The notes under the pieces were generated by a model. That model was not told the DNA's origin. It searched no databases and saw nothing but the letters and a program-made list of their open reading frames with translations. Below, piece by piece: positions 18,897 to 27,368 of a stretch of 37,454 bases of DNA. Source of the stretch: Actinomycetota bacterium (GTDB taxonomy: Bacteria > Actinomycetota > Actinomycetes > S36-B12 > UBA5976); the NCBI GenBank assembly GCA_017853815.1, contig JAFMIT010000003.1, forward strand, positions 1 to 37,454, in the 5' to 3' direction. Position 1 is the stretch's first letter. Every line of letters starts with the position of its first letter. The position numbers were made by a program, and so were the translations under genes.

Positions 18897-19442
18897 CTAA
18901 GCCAACTTTCCGTCGAACTGAACTTGTTCTTTGTCGGTGATCGCAATCGTCACCGAAATCTTGGCGCCGGCAGTGCCTGGGCACGCCATTCCCCAGGGAA
19001 ATTCGACGGTGTCACCGGCTGCAAGGGGTTCGAAAGGCACGCCCATCAGGTTCTGGGACTCATCAAAGATATCCGCGCAGACGGCCTGCGTGTCTCCATC
19101 AATGTCGGTCTTCACGATGGCGACGCTAAACAAATCGATGGACTTCTTGGTGCCGTTTGTGATCGAAATGGTGAAAAGCTGTGGCAGTGCACCCTCTTCA
19201 AGGGCGCCCAAATCTGAAGGCTCGAAGGACTTCAGTTCCGTAGCCTGCACGCTGATGCCACCCTTGGTCTTCACGGGTTCGCCACCAAAGGTAGATGCGA
19301 GGGTGTCGAGCGGGTCTTCCTTCACCACGCCTGCGCCCACATCGCCATAGTCGTCCATGGGGACGAGTGGCCCACCAGTGAACAGGCCGTAAGCGAGCAT
19401 GACGGCAATTCCCAAGGGCACGAGGATGTAGCGCTTTTTCAC
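18897..19442 (-). CDS. Hypothetical protein with N-terminal membrane anchor and acidic beta-rich extracellular domain
   Basis: KKRYILVPLGIAVMLAYGLFTGG followed by an acidic domain with two Cys. GTG 19442 preferred because the track's TTG lies inside the -35/operator. Confidence 0.65.
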   Translation of the reverse strand: MKKRYILVPLGIAVMLAYGLFTGGPLVPMDDYGDVGAGVVKEDPLDTLASTFGGEPVKTKGGISVQATELKSFEPSDLGALEEGALPQLFTISITNGTKKSIDLFSVAIVKTDIDGDTQAVCADIFDESQNLMGVPFEPLAAGDTVEFPWGMACPGTAGAKISVTIAITDKEQVQFDGKLA

Positions 19443-19463
19443 GCCGCGAACTTTGGCAGCCTT

Positions 19464-19477
19464 GTCCAACGTTGTCA
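19464..19477. promoter_or_regulatory. LacI-type operator overlapping a leaderless promoter
   Basis: GTCCAACGTTGTCA, 11/14 match; minus strand TTGACA-N17-CAAAGT-N7-GTG(19442). Confidence 0.6.
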
Positions 19478-19515
19478 ATCTTCAAGTTGCAACGATTTGC
19501 GGACCCGAATCGAGC

Positions 19516-20523
19516 CTAAACCCGGCTGTTGACCATTAATTCGAGCAGCTGACGGTCAATCTGGAAGCCCTCAATCGTTTCGTAACTGGTGTTCGGGCGA
19601 CCGTGATTGGCGATTCCAAAGGATCCTTCGAACTCCCACATTGAGTAGCCCCAGTTCGACTTCTTGAAGATTTCAAACAAGTCGTTAAACCACGCCAACG
19701 CAACCTGGTTGTCGGTGTAGCGGTAACAGCCAAACTCACCAATGTGAATCGGACGACCCTGGGCTTGGACGTCGCGCCACGGTCCATAGAACTCCCACAG
19801 CGAGTCTCGGTCCCAATGAACACCGTTGTAGTCGCAAGGATAGGTCGGAACTGGCATACCAATGCTGCCGTCCCACCATTCGGCTTTGTAATGCGACACC
19901 AACATCGGCTGGTAGCCGCGGCCGCTATGCACCGCGTCGAGATCTGCGAGCTCTGGCATAGCCAAGTGGCCGCCAGCGAGGCCGTTGATCACGATGGTGC
20001 GGGCCGGATCTACAGCCCGAATGGCGTAATGGACTGACCTGATGACCTCTGCGTGAATCTCGCGAGTGAAGCCACGCTGGCCAAGATCTGGTGGTTCGTT
20101 GACTAGATCGAAACTCAGAAGATCTGGGTGCTGTCCTTTGAAGTATTCGGCTGCGCGTGTCCATAGGGTCTCGAAAGCAACTTGGGCTACTGAATCGCTC
20201 CACAGGTTGGTGGCTTCAGTTTCCCAGCCAGTAATCACGTAACCCGGCGCGCGGTGCAGGTTGATGCTGATATGGATTCCTCGATCTACTGCAGCATCCA
20301 CATAGGCCTGGATGGTGTCAAGAAAACGATCATGGATTCTCATCTGACCATCAGGCTGAAGAGCATCCATCCAGAAGCGATAGTCAATGGGAATGCGCAA
20401 GAAATTGAAACCGTATTGCGCCATGAAATCGAGCATGCGAGGGTTGAAAGGCGCAGGTGTTTCACGATTGTGTGAACTAAAAGCCCACTGTGCATTGAAT
20501 CCATAACCGAGATTCATATTCAT
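19516..20523 (-). CDS. Glycoside hydrolase family 5, cytoplasmic
   Basis: GFNFLRIPIDY, INLHRAPGY, FDLVNEP (acid/base), HIGEFG (nucleophile). ATG 20523 with RBS AAGGAG and ATGA overlap. Confidence 0.9.
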   Translation of the reverse strand: MNMNLGYGFNAQWAFSSHNRETPAPFNPRMLDFMAQYGFNFLRIPIDYRFWMDALQPDGQMRIHDRFLDTIQAYVDAAVDRGIHISINLHRAPGYVITGWETEATNLWSDSVAQVAFETLWTRAAEYFKGQHPDLLSFDLVNEPPDLGQRGFTREIHAEVIRSVHYAIRAVDPARTIVINGLAGGHLAMPELADLDAVHSGRGYQPMLVSHYKAEWWDGSIGMPVPTYPCDYNGVHWDRDSLWEFYGPWRDVQAQGRPIHIGEFGCYRYTDNQVALAWFNDLFEIFKKSNWGYSMWEFEGSFGIANHGRPNTSYETIEGFQIDRQLLELMVNSRV

Positions 20524-21491
20524 TCTCCTTTGAGAAGCAGTGAGCGCAACCATTGCGCCTGCTTAAGCTGTTGATCTACTCCGCCACCCTCATGGGTTGA
20601 GTACGGCCACACCTCAATCGACTTTTCTCCCTGCCAATGATTAAACGCAGCGAAGACAGTGTCCGGCGGGCAAATCGGATCATGCATACCGACTGAAAAG
20701 AGTGCGTGAGCATGTGCTCTGGCGGCGAAATTCATCCCGTCGAAAAATGCAATTGTGCCGAGCGTCTGCTCAACTGCATCGCGACGACCACGCAGGTAAG
20801 TGACGATTTCTTGATACGGATAACCGTCAGTCATTTCTATCGCTCGCGCAATGTGACTCAGAAAAGGTACGTCTGGCATCGCTGCATACACTTCCGGGCA
20901 GAGACCAGCAGCCGCAATAGCAATGCCTCCTCCCTGACTTCCGCCACCGACGATGATGCGAGCGGGATCGACGTTGGAGAGTTTCTGAGCTGCACGCACA
21001 AAGCAGACTGCATCTGTGTAGACGCGGCGATAAAAGTAGGTCTCAGGCGACTCAACACCATGAGTCATGAATCCTGGCGAGTGATTGCCTACTGGGTATG
21101 AGCCATCAGGTGTGTCTCCGCGCCGATGCCCGCTACCTTGTCCACGAGTGTCCATGACGAGTACCGCATATCCGCATGAGGGCCAAAAAAGCCACTCGTG
21201 AGGCAGGCCGCGACCGCCACCATATCCTTCGAAAATAACCACGCAGGGAACCCTCTTGTTGAGTTCCTTCGGTGTGATAAACCAGCCTTTGATGGGATCG
21301 TTGTTATAACCAGCAATCGTGATATCGAAAACGTCAACAGTTTCTAGCGGCCCGTCCCAACGCGTGAGAACTGGCTCTGATTCGTTGACGTAACGGTCAA
21401 GAGTGCTGGCCCAGAACGCATCGAAATCCGGTGCGACTGGAAGTGCGGGTCGATACGTTCGCAGTTCCTCAAGAGATTTTCCGAGCAGCAT
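20520..21491 (-). CDS. Acetylxylan esterase / cephalosporin-C deacetylase (CE7)
   Basis: DFDAFW, GYGGGRG, DTRGQG, GGSQGG, DPICPP, HE. Confidence 0.92.
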   Translation of the reverse strand: MLLGKSLEELRTYRPALPVAPDFDAFWASTLDRYVNESEPVLTRWDGPLETVDVFDITIAGYNNDPIKGWFITPKELNKRVPCVVIFEGYGGGRGLPHEWLFWPSCGYAVLVMDTRGQGSGHRRGDTPDGSYPVGNHSPGFMTHGVESPETYFYRRVYTDAVCFVRAAQKLSNVDPARIIVGGGSQGGGIAIAAAGLCPEVYAAMPDVPFLSHIARAIEMTDGYPYQEIVTYLRGRRDAVEQTLGTIAFFDGMNFAARAHAHALFSVGMHDPICPPDTVFAAFNHWQGEKSIEVWPYSTHEGGGVDQQLKQAQWLRSLLLKGE

Positions 21492-21499
21492 TCTTACTC

Positions 21500-23293
21500 C
21501 TAACCTGGTAACCGTTGGGCAGCGAATAGTCGTGAATACGTTCCACCAGCGGCAACGAGATCCGTGTGCTTTCCAACCTCCACAATCGCACCCTTGTCGA
21601 GAACAACCAGCTTGTCTGCCTTTTGTACCGTGGAGAGTCGATGAGCAACGATGAACGTCGTGCGATTCGCCATTAATCGCTCTAAGCCCTGCTGAATTAA
21701 GCCCTCAGAGTGTGAATCTAGAGCTGACGTCGCTTCATCAAGAATCAGAATTCGCGGGTCGCGAATAAGCGCACGAGCAATTGCGATGCGTTGTCTCTGC
21801 CCACCTGACAGTCGGGCGCCTCTCTCGCCCACAACAGTGTTGACACCTTGTGGAAGCGATCGAACAAATTCCCAGGCATTTGAGGCTTCGAGTGCCTCAT
21901 GAAGTTTGTCGGGCGACACGTCTACGAGACCGTACGTGATGTTGTCTGCAATGGTGCCTTCAAAAAGAACCGACTCTTGCGGTACTACAGAAATGAACGA
22001 GCGCATCGACCTTAGATCGAGCGCCTGCATGTCCCGCCCGTCCAGAATGATGCGACCAGATGTCGGCCTCAGAAAGCCAATCACCAAGTTGATAAACGTT
22101 GATTTTCCTGAACCAGACGGACCAACCAACGCAATCGCTTGGCCGTGCGACGCCCTCAGTGAGACGTGGCTAATCGCTGGCGTAGGACTTTCAGGGTACG
22201 TAAATGTGACATCTTGAAATTCAATTTCGCCATCGACTCGATCAATTCGAGGTTTTCCGCTGTTGCTCTCAATGTCAGGTGACTGAAGAACTTCACCGAT
22301 TGAACGAATTGATTCCAAACCTTTGCTGATGATTGGCATGAGGCTTGCAAACAAAATGACTGAACCCGTCAGAATGTTGAAGTAGGTTGTCAGCAAGACA
22401 ACTTCGCCCGCAGTAATCGGCGCGGTCTGTGTGTACGAGAGCCAGCAGGCAACTACAAGACAGGTCACGTTGCACACCTGGAACGCAACCCATGCCATGG
22501 CACTGAAGCGAGCATTGATCGCGTCCAACCGAAGCCCAGCAATTCTCACTTGAGAGAAAGCGTTCGAGACTCGCTCCAAGGCACTCGACTCGAGTCCATG
22601 AGCTCGGGTGACCGGAATCAGATTCGTCATTTCCGTGACGCGAGATGACATCCGTTCGACTTCTTGGCGGAATTCTTGATTTCGGTCATCAAGCGACGAG
22701 CGCAAACGCACAATCAGAAAGGCGCAGATTGGCACTAACACGATGAGGAAAGGCAAAAACTGAGGAACGCGCACCGCAGTAATGACAACAGCCCCGATGA
22801 GGTTATTGAGTGCTGCTAACCCGCCGTCACCGATGTTTTTCAGCATCTGTTCAACTGCTTCAACGTCTCTGACAACTTTGGTTTGCAAGACGCCTGCACT
22901 CGTGCGCAGGTAAAAGCCCATCGAGAGTTGTTGAAGTCGTTCGGCGATGCTCGAGCGAAGCGAGTTCTCGAGGCTGCGCACCGCTCTACTCAAATATTTC
23001 ACATACAGGAGATTGATGGGCAGGTTTTGAATGATGAGGAACGCCATTAACGCTGCATTGATAAACAGTTCTCGAAGAGGACGGTGTTGGACGAGAACAT
23101 CAATAATGTTTGCAGTAAGTAGGGGTAATACCCAGCCTGGGCTGTGTTTGATGACGAAAAACACAAGCGATATCGCTAGATCTCGTCGATGACCACGCAT
23201 CAAGAACCACAGTGTTTGTAAGGGCGCTTCGCCTTCAAATCTATGCTCGAGAAATTCATCCGAGTGAGTGGGCGATGGGTTTTTCGACATCAT
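21500..23293 (-). CDS. Fused ABC transporter, TMD + NBD (type IV, exporter fold)
   Basis: Hydrophobic N-terminal half; GPSGSGKST, LSGGQRQR, ILDEATS, IVAHRLST. Confidence 0.92.
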   Translation of the reverse strand: MMSKNPSPTHSDEFLEHRFEGEAPLQTLWFLMRGHRRDLAISLVFFVIKHSPGWVLPLLTANIIDVLVQHRPLRELFINAALMAFLIIQNLPINLLYVKYLSRAVRSLENSLRSSIAERLQQLSMGFYLRTSAGVLQTKVVRDVEAVEQMLKNIGDGGLAALNNLIGAVVITAVRVPQFLPFLIVLVPICAFLIVRLRSSLDDRNQEFRQEVERMSSRVTEMTNLIPVTRAHGLESSALERVSNAFSQVRIAGLRLDAINARFSAMAWVAFQVCNVTCLVVACWLSYTQTAPITAGEVVLLTTYFNILTGSVILFASLMPIISKGLESIRSIGEVLQSPDIESNSGKPRIDRVDGEIEFQDVTFTYPESPTPAISHVSLRASHGQAIALVGPSGSGKSTFINLVIGFLRPTSGRIILDGRDMQALDLRSMRSFISVVPQESVLFEGTIADNITYGLVDVSPDKLHEALEASNAWEFVRSLPQGVNTVVGERGARLSGGQRQRIAIARALIRDPRILILDEATSALDSHSEGLIQQGLERLMANRTTFIVAHRLSTVQKADKLVVLDKGAIVEVGKHTDLVAAGGTYSRLFAAQRLPG

Positions 23294-23298
23294 CTGAG

Positions 23299-24444
23299 CT
23301 AATGACTCGTCGTCTGAGGATTTACTCCGCATGCGTAGGCCTTGCCGTTACCACTGATGTCGCACAACTCAGCAGCAGCAATAAAGGCGGCACCGCCGGA
23401 CCTAACCGTGACAGAAGAAAGTCGGTTCGTGAGCGTGAGATAACCATCAACGCAGACTAGAAATGCGGCACCAGAAATGGTGCTCTTGCCTTCAGTAATC
23501 TCAAGATAGCTCAATGCGAAATACTCGCTATCGCTTGGCCAGGTAATCCAGCCACTTTCGCTCTGTGCACCCTGAAGAATGTGTGGCGGTGTCGCGTGCT
23601 TGTGAACCAAGTTCGATAGTTGACTCTGATCGATGTGTTTCGAAGTTAATCCTGCACGAACGACATTGTCCGAAGCTCCCATGACTTCAACAGCCAGCCC
23701 CGATAAATACGCGTGGATTAATCCGGCCCCCAAAAAGAGAGACTCATGGCGTTGAAGTTGGATGAGGTTGAGATACAGGGGCGCGAGGACTGTGATGTCT
23801 GTGGGCCGCTGTGCGTGGAGTGCGAAGACCCACTTCCACTCGTCGCTGACAACACCGTCAGCATTGAGGTCGGCAATCTCCTCGAAAATCTGCTTCTTGC
23901 TCGTGCTCTCCAAACCGAAGAGAGCCAAGAAGGCCTCGCCAGGTGTTTCAAAGTTGGTCGGAAGGTGAGCTGAAAGAGGAGCAGTCAGTTCACGGATTTC
24001 TTCAATGGAACGAAAACCGCAGAGTGCCGACACCTCGGTCAGCGCACAAATCTGTTCTGGCTTGTCGGAGCTATCCACGAAGACACGGGAGGATGAATCG
24101 ACGGGCACTCCCTGTGCGTTTTCTCGCTCAAAGCCTTCACGCGCTTGCTGCAGATTCGGGTGAACTTGAACCGACAAGGGTTTCGCGATGCCGAGGAATT
24201 TCAACAAAAAGGGCAGAGGCTCCGGCAACAGTTCGCTTAGTGGGGTCTGTCCTGAGGGGAGCTGAGCTACCGCTGTACCTCGCGGGTGAGTGCCCAACCA
24301 ATACTCAGCCCACGGGTGATCGTCTTTGGGACGGTTCAGGAGTGTGGGCAAAAGTTCCGTCGATCCCCAATCGTAGTTCTTCACGACACCGTCGATTAAA
24401 AACACGGATGAAGGATCGCTTTCGAACGGCATGTTTTCCAACAT
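23299..24444 (-). CDS. manA: Mannose-6-phosphate isomerase, class I
   Basis: NYDWGS, WAEYWLGTHP, LPFLLK, LSVQVHP, KPE, HAYLSG.AVEVMGASDNVVRAGLT.KH. Confidence 0.93.
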   Translation of the reverse strand: MLENMPFESDPSSVFLIDGVVKNYDWGSTELLPTLLNRPKDDHPWAEYWLGTHPRGTAVAQLPSGQTPLSELLPEPLPFLLKFLGIAKPLSVQVHPNLQQAREGFERENAQGVPVDSSSRVFVDSSDKPEQICALTEVSALCGFRSIEEIRELTAPLSAHLPTNFETPGEAFLALFGLESTSKKQIFEEIADLNADGVVSDEWKWVFALHAQRPTDITVLAPLYLNLIQLQRHESLFLGAGLIHAYLSGLAVEVMGASDNVVRAGLTSKHIDQSQLSNLVHKHATPPHILQGAQSESGWITWPSDSEYFALSYLEITEGKSTISGAAFLVCVDGYLTLTNRLSSVTVRSGGAAFIAAAELCDISGNGKAYACGVNPQTTSH

Positions 24445-24545
24445 AGCGACTCATCGCCAGCGGGCAAAGGCTTTTCTTGTCCTATTTCTTGACAACAACG
24501 CGGTTTCCTTGTCCAGTCGGTCAAGAACTGTCGAACCTGGAACTG

Positions 24546-25739
24546 TTAGTCGCCTAGACCGCATGTCACGAGATCGAACGGCAGTTGCCACGCATCGGGA
24601 AGAACGAGTGGGAGAGCGACGACTCCAATGCCGACCGTATGAGCCATTCGAACACGAGTAGGCGTCATCTTTTCAGCCCACTCCGGGTTTGCTGATCGCA
24701 TCTCTGCCACAAACCTCTCCAGTGCAGCGACTGTCTGCTTTCTCATCGATTCATCATTCATCGAAACGCGGAAATGTTCCAGCGTGAGTGCTCGACGGTG
24801 ACCGCGACCAGGTTGCATTGCTTCGCGGATAAAGACGGCGTCAGCAATTCCTTGGCAGTGTGATTGGGCAATCGTCTCTAAGAGTTGGTTATTTTGATGG
24901 AGTCGAGATTCAGTGTTTCGACGAATAATGTCAACAAACAGTTTCAGTTTTGAACTGTAGCGACTGAAGAGAAAACCTTCTGAAAACCCTGCCCGCTCCG
25001 CAATTCGCAATGTGGCAGCTCCATCAAAACCATGCGTACCGATTTCTTCAATAGCGGCGAGCATCAGTGCGCGCAACGCGGGCTCGTCCACGTTGAGAAC
25101 GATGTTGCCATCGAAATGTTCCGCGTCGATGGTTGGTAATCCAGACGGAGCAATGTCCGCCTGCAACGCATTAAAGATTCTTTGGGCCTGTTGCCGCAAA
25201 TCAAAGTCTTCGCCTTCGTAGATTCGCCATCCGAGAAGCAATCCCAAAACAATCGAGACTAGATAAGCCCGCCGCACTGCTTTTCTGGTTTCGGAAATGT
25301 CATTGCTCACCGCGCACAAACTCTGAATACGTTGCTGGCAGGTGTCGTTGATTGCCTGATGAAGTCTCGAATTGAATTGAGACATCACGAGCAGCTCAAT
25401 GGCGGCACGTAATTCGTGTGTTGGGTGAACGAACTGGTCAATCTGCGCCTGAAAAGCGTCGGCACTCGCATCAGCACCTTCGACGGTTTGAAACAGCGCA
25501 TCTAAAGCGTCAAAGAGTTCCTGTGCCGACTCAGATTTCCAGAGATCGAGCGCTACGTCCCATCGGTCCGTGAATCGATCGTGAACCGGACGGCGAGATA
25601 CCCCAGCCCGTTCCGCTATCCGCGTGAAGGCCAGCGCGGACCAGCCTTCAGTGGCCAGAATCTCGCGCGCTGCCTGCCGCAGACGCAGGTCAGTCTGTTT
25701 GACCTGCGCGATTCGGCGCTGCTCCATGACCTCTGACAT
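24546..25739 (-). CDS. Tandem two-module TetR/AcrR family regulator
   Basis: Two HTHs: RIAERAGVSRRPVHDRF and RIAERAGFSEGFLFSRY; leaderless TAGCCT-N6-ATG. Confidence 0.8.
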   Translation of the reverse strand: MSEVMEQRRIAQVKQTDLRLRQAAREILATEGWSALAFTRIAERAGVSRRPVHDRFTDRWDVALDLWKSESAQELFDALDALFQTVEGADASADAFQAQIDQFVHPTHELRAAIELLVMSQFNSRLHQAINDTCQQRIQSLCAVSNDISETRKAVRRAYLVSIVLGLLLGWRIYEGEDFDLRQQAQRIFNALQADIAPSGLPTIDAEHFDGNIVLNVDEPALRALMLAAIEEIGTHGFDGAATLRIAERAGFSEGFLFSRYSSKLKLFVDIIRRNTESRLHQNNQLLETIAQSHCQGIADAVFIREAMQPGRGHRRALTLEHFRVSMNDESMRKQTVAALERFVAEMRSANPEWAEKMTPTRVRMAHTVGIGVVALPLVLPDAWQLPFDLVTCGLGD

Positions 25740-25780
25740 GCGCAGAGGCTACTTCTTGATTCTGCCCATTAGAAGTGCGA

Positions 25781-25840
25781 TACACTTTTCGAACCAGGCT
25801 CTCCCTCTGCCCCCAGATCAGTTGGAGAGCTTGGCTTTTT
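25781..25840 (+). ncRNA. Candidate ~48-nt sRNA with its promoter
   Basis: TACACT -10 (25781-25786), then an 11-bp stem 25794-25804/25824-25834 (one G-U) with a C-rich apical loop, then TTTTT, opposite to both flanking genes. Confidence 0.35.
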
Positions 25841-25843
25841 GGT

Positions 25844-26515
25844 TTAGAGGGCGGATGCGGCGCGAGCGATAAGCACCGTCAACATCAAAATCGCAAGCAA
25901 GACTTGCAATCCCATAATCAACTTTGTTGGTCGCGACATCACCGCTTCGGATGTTGGGCCATAGGTGGAGTTCACGTTGAGCGAGATGAATAGGTAGTCA
26001 AAGAGATTCGGCGTTGGCGCGGGCTCACCATCACGTGCCGGCCAAATAAATGCGCCGCCTGGGGTTGAGAGATCCATCAGCACGTACACGAACATGAATA
26101 CCGTGACGCTCATGAGGTACATGGCACCGATATCCCACAGACTGCCGAGTCCGTCGCCGGAAAGCAGATGTGCCGAGCTCACCATTTCCAACACGTTTGC
26201 AACAACTTGGACAGCGGCGAACGCAATGTAGGCAGCGGCAAAGCGGAAAACCAAGTGCGGCAGTGGTCGCCACAGCGCGTACAGCAACGGCAATGAAGTG
26301 AAGATGAAGACGTAGGCGCTTACTGCGTCGAGAGTCGTGGCGAACTGACCAGTGCCGCCCGCGAGAAGTCCAACCTCAGCCAAGCGATTGTGCAGAAGTA
26401 AATCCATCACCCAGATGACAGTCGTGGCCGCAAGAACCGTAAACCGCCCATAACCGTTCAGGATTTTGTTTCGAAGTCGAGTGGCGGGCGGTATCGAGTA
26501 ATCAGTTTCTTCCAT
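25844..26515 (-). CDS. Membrane protein, DUF1345-like
   Basis: Several TM segments; C-terminal PNLFDYLFISLNVNSTYGPT...SRPTKLIMGLQ. ATG 26515 with RBS AAGGAAG. Confidence 0.65.
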   Translation of the reverse strand: MEETDYSIPPATRLRNKILNGYGRFTVLAATTVIWVMDLLLHNRLAEVGLLAGGTGQFATTLDAVSAYVFIFTSLPLLYALWRPLPHLVFRFAAAYIAFAAVQVVANVLEMVSSAHLLSGDGLGSLWDIGAMYLMSVTVFMFVYVLMDLSTPGGAFIWPARDGEPAPTPNLFDYLFISLNVNSTYGPTSEAVMSRPTKLIMGLQVLLAILMLTVLIARAASAL

Positions 26516-26528
26516 AACCAAACTTCCT

Positions 26529-27224
26529 TTAGGCGGGAATTGCTGGCAGTTGAACAATGAGGCTTAGTGCCAAGCCCAGCAGAGCCATGCCCACACCGAT
26601 GAGACCTACGCGCACGCTTGGCATCGTGAAAGTGCGCCCCATGCCGATGAGGAACAGCACGCCAGCGAGAACCACTGTGCTCCTCACAAATTCGTCGCCA
26701 GTTTGGCCAGCTCGTACTCCCTCTTCATGAAGCTTGACAGCTTCAGCTTCCAACGCTTCAGCTTCCACTTCGAGGGCAACGTTGTATTCAGGCATGAAAG
26801 TTGGACCTTCAGGAGCATCTGTGTTGTTTTCAGGATCAGTTGCCATCCACGCATCAAACGCCACCTTCATCTCGGGGCGAAATCGTTCTTCAGCAAACTT
26901 CATCTTGGTTGCATCACCTGAGACGTAGGCTGCAAACCACGAGTTAAAGGTTGACTCATCGAAATTGCGAAGCAATTGGGCGTCAAGATCTGCTCGACTC
27001 GATTGCACGCCCACGAGCGCGCTTGACGAAAGTAGCTGTTGGCTCTCGGTATTCCACTTGGCTGCGGCGAACCCCGACCATGCGACTGTCATCGTCACAG
27101 CGGAAAGCAGTAGAGCTTCGGCTACCGTTAGCCAGCGTCCGAGGCGGCCACGAGATTCGTGTCCAGAACCCTCGTGCTCACCAAATTCGTGGTGCACTTC
27201 CGCAAAGTTCAAACCTTCAGGCAT
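26529..27224 (-). CDS. Conserved hypothetical membrane protein (DUF4337-like)
   Basis: His/Glu-rich N-terminus, TM ...AWSGFAAAKW, soluble loop, two C-terminal TMs; RBS GGAG. Family name is recalled, not searched. Confidence 0.6.
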   Translation of the reverse strand: MPEGLNFAEVHHEFGEHEGSGHESRGRLGRWLTVAEALLLSAVTMTVAWSGFAAAKWNTESQQLLSSSALVGVQSSRADLDAQLLRNFDESTFNSWFAAYVSGDATKMKFAEERFRPEMKVAFDAWMATDPENNTDAPEGPTFMPEYNVALEVEAEALEAEAVKLHEEGVRAGQTGDEFVRSTVVLAGVLFLIGMGRTFTMPSVRVGLIGVGMALLGLALSLIVQLPAIPA

Positions 27225-27285
27225 TTACAGCTCCAGCCGTGTCAAAAAGATGCGTGGAGTCTAAAGACTGATCTAGACGACGCAT

Positions 27286-27328
27286 AGAAAGAAAGATGGG
27301 TGGGGTGCCGAAGCACTCCACCCATCTT
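27286..27328 (-). terminator. Intrinsic terminator of the repeat-protein gene
   Basis: AAGATGGGTGGAGTGC-TTCG-GCACCCCACCCATCTT followed by TCTTTCT; C(UUCG)G loop, one mismatch. Confidence 0.8.
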
Positions 27329-27368
27329 CTCTCTGGAAGAAACCGCGTCAGCGGTTATCTGTGGGACG

